64,000 bases of DNA from Gammaproteobacteria bacterium (GCA_965116495.1 OZ220696.1:2752001-2816000), one strand, 5' to 3'. Shown: positions 19,422-31,284, counted from the stretch's first letter. The notes: a model not told the origin generated them from the sequence alone. Numbers and translations: made by a program.

Positions 19422-20198
19422 ATGTCCATCGATACCATAGAACAAGAATTTCACAACAAAGTATCTGCCAAGGTCCGGTTGTTCCCCGAAGGTGTAGAAC
19501 GTTTCCGCGTGTTTACTCCATTCCTCTTTGATGACGGTGACCATTTAGCCGTTGTCCTGAAAAAAGAAGGAGCGCGGTGGGTGCTATCCGATGAGGCTCA
19601 TACATACATGCACCTGACTTATGACATCAATGAGAAAGATCTTCACAGTGGCACGCGACAGAAAATTATCACTAATACTCTGTCAACGTTTCAAGTCGAG
19701 GACCGTAACGGGGAACTGGTACTCGAAGTACCTGATGAGCGTTATGGCGACGCATTGTATTCCTTTATACAAGCACTTCTCAAAATCTCCGATGTATCTT
19801 ACCTATCCCGGGAACAGGTCCAATCAACTTTTATGGACGACTTCCAGACATTGTTAAGTGAAGCTGTCCCGGAAGATCGCAGGAACTTCGATTGGAACGA
19901 TCCAGAACACGACCCCAATGGAATGTACACGGTAGACTGTCGGATCAACGGTATGCCTCGACCACTTTTCGTTCACGCCCTCGGCAGTGACAGCAGGACC
20001 CGTGATGCTACGATTGCACTACACCAATTTGAGAAATGGGATATCCCATTCCACTCACTTGCAATCTTTGAAGATCAGGAATCAATCAATCGCAAAGTGC
20101 TGGCTCGTTTAAGCGATGTCTGTGAAAAGCAGTTCTCCAGCCTCACTTCTAACCGTGAAAGGATCACGCGGTTTCTGAATGAGAACATATCGGGATGA
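19422..20198 (+). CDS. DUF1828/DUF1829-like protein, cargo in R-M locus
   Basis: N-terminal [11 protein letters not shown]...LSD signature; C-terminal YTVDCRING region resembling a PD-(D/E)XK-like fold. Confidence 0.65.
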   Translation: MSIDTIEQEFHNKVSAKVRLFPEGVERFRVFTPFLFDDGDHLAVVLKKEGARWVLSDEAHTYMHLTYDINEKDLHSGTRQKIITNTLSTFQVEDRNGELVLEVPDERYGDALYSFIQALLKISDVSYLSREQVQSTFMDDFQTLLSEAVPEDRRNFDWNDPEHDPNGMYTVDCRINGMPRPLFVHALGSDSRTRDATIALHQFEKWDIPFHSLAIFEDQESINRKVLARLSDVCEKQFSSLTSNRERITRFLNENISG

Positions 20199-20297
20199 GA
20201 TATCCGACCAAAGCGGAAGTTCGAACGAACAATCGCTATTGATGATTTTACCTACACCACGTTGAAAGAGACCTGCCTGAGAGAAAATAAATTGCAG

Positions 20298-21596
20298 TCA
20301 AGTCCACCTGAGTCGGAGTGTCCGCAGAACGTGATCTTGCAGGTTCTGCGGTATCTCAAGATCCCGGGCGATGTGGCGCCAGGTTGAGAAGGCTTCGACG
20401 GTCTGCTCCAGGATCGCTTTGTCGCGGTGACGCGGCAACCCGGCGTACCTGGCGAGGTGTTTCACGTCCTCCCTGGTAAAGTCTGATGTCTTGCCGTTGA
20501 TACTGAGTTGGTGAAATCTTGTGAAATCGCTGCCGGCAGCGTGACAAAGATCATAGGCCGGCGCGATATCCCAGATGCCTCTCCGATCCATCATAAAGGT
20601 GAAGTTCTTCACGTGGTCGTCCCGATTGCATCCCGTCAGGTTGAATAGCACGCGCCGGAACTGCTCTTCTATCGCCACCTTTGACATGCCCAGTTGGCGC
20701 ATCGTCATGAAGAGTTGTTCGTAGGAATAACGTCCGCTCTCATAGTAGTCAAAGTGCGCTACTGCGGCGAAGGTCTGCACAAATTTCCTGGCGCCGTTTT
20801 CATCACGATCAAAGCGGCGGGTCATAAAATGGTGACGACCGTTTTCACTGAAAATTCGGCTCTCCATCATGTCGATGCCACATGCCTTGGCCACCAAATG
20901 ATAGCTGTATTCCAGCAGGCCATATCCCGATGGGTCGGCAACTTCCCAGTCGCCACTGAACGCAACGCCGTCGAATTTTATGAGCCAATGTTCAAAACCG
21001 GGCGGGAGGTCTGACTGACCGGAGCGCACTTGGCGGGTCTTGGGGTTAAAAGCGATAACCGCCTTGGCGCGGGCGCCGCCGGCTGACGTGCCGACACCCA
21101 GGATGTCGAGCAATGTGTTTTCTTCTCTGCCGGGTGCAAACCTGGTGTCCAGCGTTTCTTTCTCTGCAAATGCCATCGAGGCAAGCTCAACAAGCTGCAG
21201 TACCTCAACCGGCTTGTCCTTAGCCATGTCGTCACCTGTTGAGGGCTCAAACTCCAACGCGCCCATACCGCGCCGTCCCGTATAGCACAAGCGGTCGACT
21301 GCGTTGAAATCCTCAGCCTGTCTGCCTGTTTGCGCCAGCCAAACGTCGATGAGCTTGTTGCCATACTTGTCGGGAAGGCTGTCGGCAAGCAGGCCCGGCA
21401 AGCCATGAAATGATCTTCGTTGCAGGTTTTGGAACTGGTAAATCCTGCCGGGACGAACAGGCATGTGTAGTGGCGCCGGTTCAATCCCGAACGTTGCGAA
21501 TCCGGGGTCGTATTCAAAACGGGCGTAGCGCTCATCAGCATTAATGGAAACATAACCGATTGGCGTCCCCCACAGCTTGACGGTAGCTGTGCTCAC
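20298..21596 (-). CDS. hipA: HipA family toxin kinase
   Basis: DSLPDKYG, GTSAGGARAK, WLIKFD, NRDDHVKNF, APAYD. Confidence 0.95.
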   Translation of the reverse strand: MSTATVKLWGTPIGYVSINADERYARFEYDPGFATFGIEPAPLHMPVRPGRIYQFQNLQRRSFHGLPGLLADSLPDKYGNKLIDVWLAQTGRQAEDFNAVDRLCYTGRRGMGALEFEPSTGDDMAKDKPVEVLQLVELASMAFAEKETLDTRFAPGREENTLLDILGVGTSAGGARAKAVIAFNPKTRQVRSGQSDLPPGFEHWLIKFDGVAFSGDWEVADPSGYGLLEYSYHLVAKACGIDMMESRIFSENGRHHFMTRRFDRDENGARKFVQTFAAVAHFDYYESGRYSYEQLFMTMRQLGMSKVAIEEQFRRVLFNLTGCNRDDHVKNFTFMMDRRGIWDIAPAYDLCHAAGSDFTRFHQLSINGKTSDFTREDVKHLARYAGLPRHRDKAILEQTVEAFSTWRHIARDLEIPQNLQDHVLRTLRLRWT

Positions 21597-21928
21597 CGGG
21601 TTTCATCTCCCCATATAATGCCAGAGTTTGCTTGAGGCACTTTCCGTTTCTTCGGGTTCGCCGCGCGCGCCTCCGCCATCGGCGAGTTGAATGTTTCCGG
21701 TAGCAGGGCGTCTATAGCAGCGGCCATATTCAGCGCCTTCAGGAGTTTCAACCAGGATTCAAACAGTCCATCCTGCCCGCCTTCAATGCGCCGGAGCGTG
21801 GCGACGCCAATGCCCGCCTCTTCAGCCAGTTCAGCCTGGGATAACCCTTGCTGTTTGCGGATGCGGGCGAGCCGATTGCCGAATTCGCGCAGAATCTCAC
21901 TCTCGGGGGTAAGCTGATTGATATTCAT
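21593..21928 (-). CDS. hipB: XRE-family HTH antitoxin (HipB-like)
   Basis: LSQAELAEEAGIGVATLRRIE HTH; C-terminal IIWGD; overlaps the hipA start. Confidence 0.85.
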   Translation of the reverse strand: MNINQLTPESEILREFGNRLARIRKQQGLSQAELAEEAGIGVATLRRIEGGQDGLFESWLKLLKALNMAAAIDALLPETFNSPMAEARAANPKKRKVPQANSGIIWGDETR

Positions 21929-21929
21929 A

Positions 21930-21986
21930 ATATCACTTTTGATTTAAAATAAGATTTTTCAACCTGTTTCATATCATAAATGATAT
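21930..21986 (-). promoter_or_regulatory. Two putative HipB operators in an AT-rich promoter
   Basis: ATATCA-CTTT-TGATTT (21930-21945) and ATATCA-TAAA-TGATAT (21971-21986) immediately upstream of hipB. Confidence 0.6.
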
Positions 21987-22090
21987 TTAATAAAAATACG
22001 ATAGAAAAACCTCATCGCTTGAAAAATATTCTCTTTCAGCTACATTCCTTGTATGAAAACAGTTCGTGACCGATATTCAGGGAGAAACCG

Positions 22091-22444
22091 GTGACTACTC
22101 CCGAGGTCGCAGGGCAAGTTACAGGGCATGATACAGGGCAAGCCATCGGCCAGCCAGAGTCACGGCCAGAGTCACAACAAATTATCACCCCCGAAGTCAC
22201 CCCCGAAGTCATTCGGCTCCTGGCAGTGATGGAGAGTGCAATGAGTCGCCAGGAAGTCCAGGCTAAATTGGGCCTCAAGGATGAAAAATACTTCCGTGAG
22301 TTCTACCAGCAACCTGCTGTTGCCGGAGGTCTGATTGAGATGACTATCTCTGATAAGCGGACAAGCCCTTTGCAGAAGTACCGACTGACAGATAAGGGAC
22401 GCGCTCTGCTCGCGAACTTGAAGTCGAGGTCAGCAGAGGCATGA
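22091..22444 (+). pseudogene. Stand-alone or truncated Fic-like C-terminal winged-helix domain
   Basis: TPEVTPEV linker repeats, then MSRQE...LGLKD...P....GLIEMT...SPLQKYRLT; no Fic catalytic domain upstream. Confidence 0.6.
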
Positions 22445-25400
22445 GCGCGGTTGGTCAGAGAGAGAAACAGACGCAACAACGCGTGGTCGAATTCTTTCAG
22501 GACACGCTCGGCTATTCATACCTCGGAGACTGGACCAGTCGTCCCAATAACAGCAACGTTGAAAGGGTAATACTTGCCGATTGGCTAGGCCGCCAAGGCC
22601 ATAACGACAGAATCATCGACAAAGTACTGTACGAACTGGGAAAGGCAGTTGCGCTCGGTGGCAGCAAGACACTCTATGACGCCAACAAACAGCTCTATGG
22701 TCTGCTCCGCTACGGCGTTAAAGTTTTACCGGAGGTGGGTGAGCAACACCTTACTGTCTGGTTGACCGACTGGAAAAATCCCGCAAAGAACGAGTTCGCA
22801 ATCGCCGAAGAAGTAACTGTCACCGGCCGAAATACAAAACGTCCCGATATCGTACTGTACGTTAACGGAATTGCTCTGGGTGTATTGGAACTTAAACGTT
22901 CGATAGTCTCAGTAGCCGAAGGCGTCAGGCAAAACCTCGACAACCAGAAAAAGGAGTTCATCCAGCCATTTTTCTCCACCGTTCAACTCCTAATGGCGGG
23001 AAACGAAGCCGAGGGACTGCGTTATGGCGTGATTGTAACCCCGGAGAAGTACTGGTTGCGCTGGAAAGAGGCCGGCGCCCATACAGCCGCCGATGATAAT
23101 CCGTTACTCCGGGAACTGGGCCAATTATGTGATAAAGAGCGGATGCTCGAGATCATTCATGATTTCATCGTCTTCGATGCAGGAATCAAAAAGATCTGCC
23201 GACATAATCAATACTTCGGAATGAGGGCGGCCCAGGAACATGTGAAACGCAGGGAAGGCGGCATCATCTGGCACACCCAGGGCAGCGGCAAAAGCCTGAC
23301 TATGGTGTGGCTGGCAAAGTGGATTCGCGAAAATGTCACTGCCTCCCGTGTACTGCTTCTTACTGACCGAACCGAATTGGATGATCAGATCGAAGGAACT
23401 TTCCTGGGAGTAAGTGAGGGTATTTACCGCACGGAAAGCGGCGCCGACCTGGTGGATGTTCTCAACACCAGCGACGAGTGGCTGATCTGTTCTCTGATAC
23501 AAAAATTCGGAGCGTCAGAGGATGGCGATTTCGATGCATTCATAAATGACATATGCAGTCACCTGCCCGAAGAGTTTTACGCCAAAGGTGAGCTCTTTGT
23601 TTTCGTAGACGAATGTCATCGAACCCAATCCGGCAAGCTCCACGACGCAATGAAGGAACTGCTACCGGGGGCTATGCTGATTGGTTTTACAGGGACGCCC
23701 CTGCTCAAGGATGACAAGAAACGTAGTATTGAGACTTTCGGGCCCTACATCCATACCTATAAATATGATGAGGCAGTAAATGATGGTGTGGTGCTCGACT
23801 TGCGCTACGAGGCACGAGACATTGACCAGGACATCGTTTCGCCGGACAAAATCGATCAGTGGTTCGACCTGAAAACCAAAGCTTTGACTGATGTGGCGAA
23901 GGCCCAACTCAGACAACGCTGGGGCACCATGCAGAAAGTGTTGAGTTCACAGGACCGTCTGCAAAAGATTGTGGCTGACATCCTTCTTGATATGGAACGA
24001 TGCGACCGTTTGAAGAGTGGCCGGGGCAACGCGCTGCTTGTGTCTGGTAGTATTTATTCCGCCTGCCGTATCTTCGAGATGTTTCAGCAACAGGGGTTAG
24101 GCGGAAAATGCGCTATTGTGACCTCCTATAAACCATCTCCATCCGATATCAAAGGGGAGGAGACCGGTGAGGGTCTCACGGAGAAGCTGCGGCAGTACGA
24201 AATTTATCGAAAGATGCTTGCAGCACATTTCGACGAACCTGAAGAAACGGCGATGCACAAAGTCGGAAAATTTGAAAAGGATGTAAAGAAACGCTTCGTC
24301 AAAGAACCTGGCCGGATGAAGCTCTTGATCGTCGTGGATAAGTTGTTAACCGGTTTTGACGCTCCGCCTGCGACCTATCTCTACATCGACAAGAACATGC
24401 AGGATCACGGACTGTTCCAGGCCATCTGTAGAGTTAATCGCCTTGATGGCGAGGACAAGGAATATGGTTATGTCATCGACTATAAAGATCTGTTTCGGTC
24501 TTTGGAGCAATCGATTAATCACTACACCGGAGAAGCATTTGAAGGATACGACAGCGAGGATGTAGAAGGCTTACTGAAAGACAGACTGGAACAGGGGAAA
24601 AATCGGCTGGAACAGGCGCGGGAAGCTATCAAAGCACTGTGCGAACCCGTTAATCGACCTTGCGGTACGGCTGATTACCTGAGGTATTTTTGTGCAACCG
24701 ATAACGCTAATGTCGAGCAGCTAAAAGCTAATGAACCAAAACGCGCAGCGCTTTACAAGTTAGCAGCAGCTTACCTGCGCGCCTACGCCAACCTGGCCAA
24801 TGAAATGATTGAAGCCGGATACAGCGACGCTGAAATACGAACAATCAAGGCTGAGGTTGACCACTATGAGAAAGCACGTCAAGAGGTCAAGCTCGCCAGC
24901 GGCGACTATATCGACATGAAGCTGTACGAGCCGGCTATGCGTCACCTTCTCGACACTTACATTCGAGCTGAGGACAGCGAGCAACTGTCAGTACTTAATT
25001 ACATGACGCTCATAGAATTAGTTGTCGAGCGCGGCGAGTCTGCTGTTGCTTCGTTACCCGACGGAATCCGCGACAATCACGAAGCAGTTGCAGCCACAGT
25101 CGAAAATAACCTTCGAAGGCTCATCGTGGACGAAATGGCTGTGAACCCAAAGTACTACACAGAGATGTCAAAATTGCTGGATGCCCTAATCCTTCAACGC
25201 AAACAGGATGCGCTGGATTATAAAACCTATCTGGCCAAAATTGTTGATCTGACCAGAAATACCACTCAGCCGAAAGCGACACGTTACCCATACACGATAA
25301 ATAACCCTGGTCGGCGTGCACTGTTTGATAACTTGAAGGACCATGCGCATACACTGGAAGAACATATCCTTAAAAACAAAGCAGCAGATACCGCTGCCGA

Positions 25401-25581
25401 TACAGCCGAAACCATCGCCCTGGCTATGGACGATGCGATACGCTCCGTAAAGAAAGCGGATTGGCGCGGCAACAGGTTTAAGGAGCGCGAGGTTCGTAAT
25501 GCCATCAGGTCGGTGCTTGGCGACCATGAGGGCCTTGTGGATGAATTTTTTGAAATTGTAAAGGCCCAGCATGACTACTGA
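22441..25581 (+). CDS. hsdR: Type I restriction endonuclease R subunit
   Basis: RPDIVLYVNGI..ELK nuclease motif, HTQGSGKS Walker A, DECHR, FTGTP, LLTGFDAP, QAICRVNR. Confidence 0.97.
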   Translation: MSAVGQREKQTQQRVVEFFQDTLGYSYLGDWTSRPNNSNVERVILADWLGRQGHNDRIIDKVLYELGKAVALGGSKTLYDANKQLYGLLRYGVKVLPEVGEQHLTVWLTDWKNPAKNEFAIAEEVTVTGRNTKRPDIVLYVNGIALGVLELKRSIVSVAEGVRQNLDNQKKEFIQPFFSTVQLLMAGNEAEGLRYGVIVTPEKYWLRWKEAGAHTAADDNPLLRELGQLCDKERMLEIIHDFIVFDAGIKKICRHNQYFGMRAAQEHVKRREGGIIWHTQGSGKSLTMVWLAKWIRENVTASRVLLLTDRTELDDQIEGTFLGVSEGIYRTESGADLVDVLNTSDEWLICSLIQKFGASEDGDFDAFINDICSHLPEEFYAKGELFVFVDECHRTQSGKLHDAMKELLPGAMLIGFTGTPLLKDDKKRSIETFGPYIHTYKYDEAVNDGVVLDLRYEARDIDQDIVSPDKIDQWFDLKTKALTDVAKAQLRQRWGTMQKVLSSQDRLQKIVADILLDMERCDRLKSGRGNALLVSGSIYSACRIFEMFQQQGLGGKCAIVTSYKPSPSDIKGEETGEGLTEKLRQYEIYRKMLAAHFDEPEETAMHKVGKFEKDVKKRFVKEPGRMKLLIVVDKLLTGFDAPPATYLYIDKNMQDHGLFQAICRVNRLDGEDKEYGYVIDYKDLFRSLEQSINHYTGEAFEGYDSEDVEGLLKDRLEQGKNRLEQAREAIKALCEPVNRPCGTADYLRYFCATDNANVEQLKANEPKRAALYKLAAAYLRAYANLANEMIEAGYSDAEIRTIKAEVDHYEKARQEVKLASGDYIDMKLYEPAMRHLLDTYIRAEDSEQLSVLNYMTLIELVVERGESAVASLPDGIRDNHEAVAATVENNLRRLIVDEMAVNPKYYTEMSKLLDALILQRKQDALDYKTYLAKIVDLTRNTTQPKATRYPYTINNPGRRALFDNLKDHAHTLEEHILKNKAADTAADTAETIALAMDDAIRSVKKADWRGNRFKEREVRNAIRSVLGDHEGLVDEFFEIVKAQHDY

Positions 25582-26299
25582 TCGGCGTGACATTGATGTC
25601 TGTGGCATTGCCGTTGAAGTTGTGCGCAAGAACATCAAGCACCTCTACGTGGGCGTTTATCCGCCGGGTGGCCGGGTTCGGGTAAGCGCGCCGCTACGTA
25701 TCGATAAGGAAACCATCCGGTTGGCTGTTATTTCCCGATTGGGCTGGATTCGCAAAAGACAGGCGCAGTTCGAACATCAGGAACGACAATCAGAGAGGGA
25801 ATACATATCGGGCGAAAGCCACTACTTTGAGGGGCGCCGCTACCGGCTGGATGTGATTGAGCAAAACAGCCCCCCTGCCGTCCTGCTGCTCAACAATACT
25901 ACGCTGGCATTAAGCGTACGTCCCGGCGCCGACTGGAGCCAGCGGGAAGCGGTGCTTGACCGATGGTATCGCGGACAACTACGCGACCGCCTGCCTGTAC
26001 TTGTCGAGAAATGGGAACAAAAGATCGGAGTACAGGCCAATGAAGTTCGCATCAGGAAGATGAAGACCCGCTGGGGGACATGCAACAGTCGCGCTCGTCG
26101 CATCTGGTTGAATCTTGAACTGATGAAGAAACCCCCATCCTGCCTTGAATATGTCGTCGTCCATGAGCTTATCCACCTGATTGAGCGCAAGCATAACAAT
26201 CGCTTTCGTGAGCTCATGGATAAATACATGCCTCCGTGGCGCAGTCACCGGGATGAACTGAATCGTGCGCCACTGGCTCACGCAAACTGGGAGTATTAA
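25571..26299 (+). CDS. M48/SprT-like (YgjP/DUF45) zinc metallopeptidase
   Basis: MKTRWGTC, YVVVHELIH; usual partner downstream of hsdR. Confidence 0.92.
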   Translation: MTTDRRDIDVCGIAVEVVRKNIKHLYVGVYPPGGRVRVSAPLRIDKETIRLAVISRLGWIRKRQAQFEHQERQSEREYISGESHYFEGRRYRLDVIEQNSPPAVLLLNNTTLALSVRPGADWSQREAVLDRWYRGQLRDRLPVLVEKWEQKIGVQANEVRIRKMKTRWGTCNSRARRIWLNLELMKKPPSCLEYVVVHELIHLIERKHNNRFRELMDKYMPPWRSHRDELNRAPLAHANWEY

Positions 26300-26357
26300 C
26301 CCGTATTTCCCATAGATATTTGTCTTTGGCGAATGAGGGAACAACTCCGGAATAGAT

Positions 26358-26424
26358 GGGGTCAGAGTAAAATCTTGAGGCATGTGGCTGACGGCACGAC
26401 CGGTGGTGATTTTACTCTGACCCC
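26358..26424. repeat. GGGGTCAG-type inverted-repeat element
   Basis: 17-bp IR GGGGTCAGAGTAAAATC ... GATTTTACTCTGACCCC. Confidence 0.85.
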
Positions 26425-26431
26425 TGGTATA

Positions 26432-27979
26432 TCAAATCACCGCCTCGATCAGGTTCGGCCCCGGTTCGGCCAGGTAAGCGGCCAATTGCCTGTTTAATTG
26501 CTCCGTGGCGGTTACCCGGCAGGCAGGCACTCCCATGCCGTTCGCCAGCTTGACCCAGTCGATTTCCGGGTTGTCGATATCCATCATGGAACGTGCCCTG
26601 GCGCCTGGCGCGCCGGCGCCGACCCGTTGGTATTCGATGTTCAGGATGCGGTATTTGCGGTTGGCAAGGACAACGGTGGTCACGTCCAGTGATTCCCTGG
26701 ACTGGGTCCACAGGGCCTGCAGGGAATACATGCCGCTGCCGTCCGCCTGCAGGTTCAGGACCTTGCGGTCCGGACAGGCCAGCGCCGCGCCGGTGGCATT
26801 GGGCAGCCCCTGGCCGATGGCGCCGCCGGTCGTGAACAGCCAGTCATGGGGTTCTGTGGTGGCAGTGGCCGGTATCAGGTTCCCCCCTGAACTGATCGCT
26901 TCCTCGGCAACGACGGCATTTTCCGGCATCAGCGCGGCGACACTCAGGGCGATGGATTCAGGCGTTAATTTGCCCGCGGGCAGGGGTGGTTTTTTCAACG
27001 GCATCAGGACCGGGGAGACACGGCCGGCGCCAAGTTCGTCGATAACCCTGGCCAGGGCATCGACTACGTCGTCTCCGGCTTTGGCCAGGTGATGCACCCG
27101 GCAATCCGGGGGAACCAGGTAACTGGGCAGGTCCGGGTAGGCAAAAAAGCCCACCGGTGGTTTGGTGCCGGCAATGATGAGATGCCGGATGCCTGTCAGC
27201 GTCTCGATGATCGCCTCGGGAAAGTACGGCAGGCGTTCGATGTTCGCCCGCCCGGCGCCGCGGGTGATGCGCGCGGTAAACGTATGGGACAAAACCCGGG
27301 CATTTACATGATTGCCGATCACGCCGGCCAGGCCGGCGCCCTCCTCAAGCAATGCGTGGTCACCCAGCAGCAGGGCTGCCGGTTCACCTGTGCGCAATGC
27401 CTTCGCTACGCTCTTCACCGCTTCATCCGCAACTTTGCGGCGCACGGGTTGGGGAGCCTTCCGGCCGGGGTCGGCGGGACATGGGTCCCAGGAACAATCC
27501 GCCGGTATGATCAGGGTCGCAACATGTCCCGGCGGTTGCCGCGCGGCCGTGATCGCCGCCACGGCGTCGGCCGGTATATCCGCCGCCGTCCCGCTCTCCT
27601 TGATCCAGGCGGAAACCGGTTTGGCATAAGCGGCAACGTCCGATGCCAGCGGCGCATCATACTGTTTGTGGCTGGTCGCATGATCCCCGACAATATTGAC
27701 GATGGGCGCGCCGGCGCGCATGGCATTGTGGAAATTGGCCAGGCCGTTCCCCAGGCCGGGGCCAAGGTGCAGCAGCGTTGCCGGCGGATTGTCTGACATC
27801 CTGGAGAAACCATCCGCGGCCCCGGCGACCACACCTTCAGCCAGGCACAGCACGCAACGCATGTCGGGCACCCGGTCCGCGGCCGCGACAAACTGCATCT
27901 CCGAGGTGCCCGGATTGGTAAAACAGGTGGTAATATCGTTGTTGACCAGCGTTCTTAACAGACTTTCAGCTCCGTTCAT
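26432..27979 (-). CDS. ThDP-dependent enzyme, acetolactate synthase large subunit-like
   Basis: NPGTSEM, LLHLGPG, ADGSGMY...N ThDP motif. Confidence 0.9.
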   Translation of the reverse strand: MNGAESLLRTLVNNDITTCFTNPGTSEMQFVAAADRVPDMRCVLCLAEGVVAGAADGFSRMSDNPPATLLHLGPGLGNGLANFHNAMRAGAPIVNIVGDHATSHKQYDAPLASDVAAYAKPVSAWIKESGTAADIPADAVAAITAARQPPGHVATLIIPADCSWDPCPADPGRKAPQPVRRKVADEAVKSVAKALRTGEPAALLLGDHALLEEGAGLAGVIGNHVNARVLSHTFTARITRGAGRANIERLPYFPEAIIETLTGIRHLIIAGTKPPVGFFAYPDLPSYLVPPDCRVHHLAKAGDDVVDALARVIDELGAGRVSPVLMPLKKPPLPAGKLTPESIALSVAALMPENAVVAEEAISSGGNLIPATATTEPHDWLFTTGGAIGQGLPNATGAALACPDRKVLNLQADGSGMYSLQALWTQSRESLDVTTVVLANRKYRILNIEYQRVGAGAPGARARSMMDIDNPEIDWVKLANGMGVPACRVTATEQLNRQLAAYLAEPGPNLIEAVI

Positions 27980-28130
27980 GCTCCCGTTTCCTTATTCTCG
28001 TAAACAGTTGGCAGTATATCGCCGCCAGGTGATTAGTATGATATATTAACGGGCAGAATTTTTAAGCTTGAAAGGATCCACCTCTTTTCCGTACCAGTAC
28101 AATCCAGTTCAATCTACCAGGAGAATAACC

Positions 28131-30122
28131 ATACCTTCCAGACGTCAACTTGCCAATGCCATCCGGGCATTGAGTATGGATGCGGTGCAGCGCGCCAAGT
28201 CGGGGCACCCGGGCGCTCCGATGGGCATGGCGGATATCGCCGAGGTGCTGTGGAACGACTTTTTCCGGCATAACCCGGCCAATCCCGGCTGGGCGGACCG
28301 GGACCGTTTCGTCATGTCCAACGGCCACGGTTCCATGTTGCTTTATTCCATACTGCACTTGACCGGTTACGACCTGCCCATGGAGGAATTGAAAAATTTC
28401 CGCCAGCTTCACTCGAAGACACCCGGCCATCCCGAATACGGATACACCCCCGGCATAGAAACCACGACCGGACCCCTGGGCCAGGGACTGGCCAACGCCG
28501 TGGGCATGGCCATCGCCGAACGCACCCTGGCCGCGCAATTCAACCGCGCCGGCCTTGACATCGTCAACCACTACACCTATGCCTCCGTCGGTGACGGCTG
28601 CCTGATGGAGGGGATCTCCCATGAAGCCTGTTCGCTGGCGGGAACGCTGGGCCTGGGCAAGCTCATCGTCATCTACGACAGTAACCGGATTTCAATAGAC
28701 GGCGAAGTGGAAGGCTGGTTTACCGAAGACATCCCGCAACGGTTCAAGGCCTACCAGTGGCATGTCATTCCCGCTGTGGACGGCCATGATCCCGACGCCG
28801 TCAGACAGGCTGTCAGTGATGCACGGGCAGTGGCCGATAAACCCAGTATCATATGCTGCAATACCATTATCGGCCTGGGATCGCCCAACAAACAGGGCAA
28901 GGCTTCCAGCCACGGCGCTCCCCTGGGGACGGATGAAGTCGCCCTGGTGCGGGAAGCCCTCGACTGGTCCTGGCCTGAGTTTGAAATCCCCGCGGAAATC
29001 TATGACGGCTGGAACGCCCGGCAGCGGGGGGCCCAACTGGAAGCAGCCTGGGATGAGAAGTTTTCCAATTACGAAAAGCTTTATCCCGGAGATGCGGCCG
29101 AGTTCCTGCGCCGGGTCCGTGGCGATCTGCCGGTGGACTGGCAGGATACAAGCCGCGCCTACGTAGAAACCACTCAACAGAAAGCGGAAACCATCGCCTC
29201 GCGCAAAGCGTCACAAAACGCCTTGAATGCCTACGGACCCGCGTTACCGGAACTCATTGGCGGCTCGGCGGACCTGACCGGGTCAAACCTCACTCTACGG
29301 CAGGATTCCACGGTCATTACCGATACGGTTGCAGACGGCAACTACCTTTATTACGGTGTCAGGGAGTTTGCCATGGCCGCCATTAACAATGGTCTGGCCC
29401 TGCACGGCGGGTTTGTCCCCTACGGCGGCACGTTCCTCATCTTTACGGAATATGCCCGCAATGCCTTGCGCATGGCAGCGCTGATGAAGCAACGCAGTAT
29501 TTTCGTACTGACCCATGATTCGATCGGTCTCGGGGAAGACGGTCCCACCCACCAGGCGGTTGAACAGGCCGCAACCCTGCGCCTGATCCCGAATATGTCG
29601 GTGTGGCGTCCCTGTGACACGGTTGAAACCGCGGTGGCCTGGAAATCAGCCCTGGAAAACCGGGATAACCCTACCGCCCTGTTGCTGTCACGCCAATCCT
29701 TGCCCTGCATGGAAAGAAGCGCAGAGCAGCTTGACGCCATTGCACGGGGCGCCTATATCCTGGTGGAACCCGAAGGCGGGCCTGAGTTGATCATCATCGC
29801 CACCGGTTCCGAAGTCACCATTGCCGCTGATGCTGCACGGCAGTTAAACGCTGGCGGCAAACGCGTGCGCGTCGTCTCCATGCCGGCAACGGACGCGTTC
29901 GACAGGCAACCTGAACAATACCGCGAACAGGTCCTGCCACCTGCGTGCCGCCGGCGCATCGCCATTGAAGCCGGCATACCCGATTACTGGCGTAAATACG
30001 TCGGGCTTGATGGTAAGATCCTGGGTGTCCCGGGCTTCGGCGAGTCGGCCCCCGGCAGTGCGGTATTCAACCATTTCGGCATCAACGCAGAGGGGCTGAT
30101 ACGCCTGGTTGAGACACTGTAA
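28131..30122 (+). CDS. tkt: Transketolase (apparent ATA start codon)
   Basis: [34 protein letters not shown]; AGGAG RBS 7 nt before ATA at 28131. Confidence 0.95.
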   Translation: MPSRRQLANAIRALSMDAVQRAKSGHPGAPMGMADIAEVLWNDFFRHNPANPGWADRDRFVMSNGHGSMLLYSILHLTGYDLPMEELKNFRQLHSKTPGHPEYGYTPGIETTTGPLGQGLANAVGMAIAERTLAAQFNRAGLDIVNHYTYASVGDGCLMEGISHEACSLAGTLGLGKLIVIYDSNRISIDGEVEGWFTEDIPQRFKAYQWHVIPAVDGHDPDAVRQAVSDARAVADKPSIICCNTIIGLGSPNKQGKASSHGAPLGTDEVALVREALDWSWPEFEIPAEIYDGWNARQRGAQLEAAWDEKFSNYEKLYPGDAAEFLRRVRGDLPVDWQDTSRAYVETTQQKAETIASRKASQNALNAYGPALPELIGGSADLTGSNLTLRQDSTVITDTVADGNYLYYGVREFAMAAINNGLALHGGFVPYGGTFLIFTEYARNALRMAALMKQRSIFVLTHDSIGLGEDGPTHQAVEQAATLRLIPNMSVWRPCDTVETAVAWKSALENRDNPTALLLSRQSLPCMERSAEQLDAIARGAYILVEPEGGPELIIIATGSEVTIAADAARQLNAGGKRVRVVSMPATDAFDRQPEQYREQVLPPACRRRIAIEAGIPDYWRKYVGLDGKILGVPGFGESAPGSAVFNHFGINAEGLIRLVETL

Positions 30123-30147
30123 ACACCAAAACGAGGAGCTATACATA

Positions 30148-31161
<1,014 letters not shown>

Positions 31162-31170
31162 CAGATTAAC

Positions 31171-31267
31171 TGCCATTCCCACGAAGCATGTCCTCGAATG
31201 TCGTAATCCGGGGGTCAGGAATCCTGCGCACAGGACACTGACCTTCCGGCGCAGGCCGGAAGGTCAG
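31171..31267. repeat. Degenerate ATTCCC-type REP with inserted module, followed by a 13-bp stem hairpin
   Basis: GCCATTCCCACGAA[GCATGTCCTCGAATGTCGTAATCCGGGG]GTCAGGAATCC; CTGACCTTCCGGC-GCAG-GCCGGAAGGTCAG. Confidence 0.6.
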
Positions 31268-31284
31268 CGGAGAAGCCCTAACGG

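Noticed and set aside
15158-26430. att-like direct repeats delimiting the R-M island
   Set aside because: No matching direct repeat at the two ends was found by eye, and there is no integrase.
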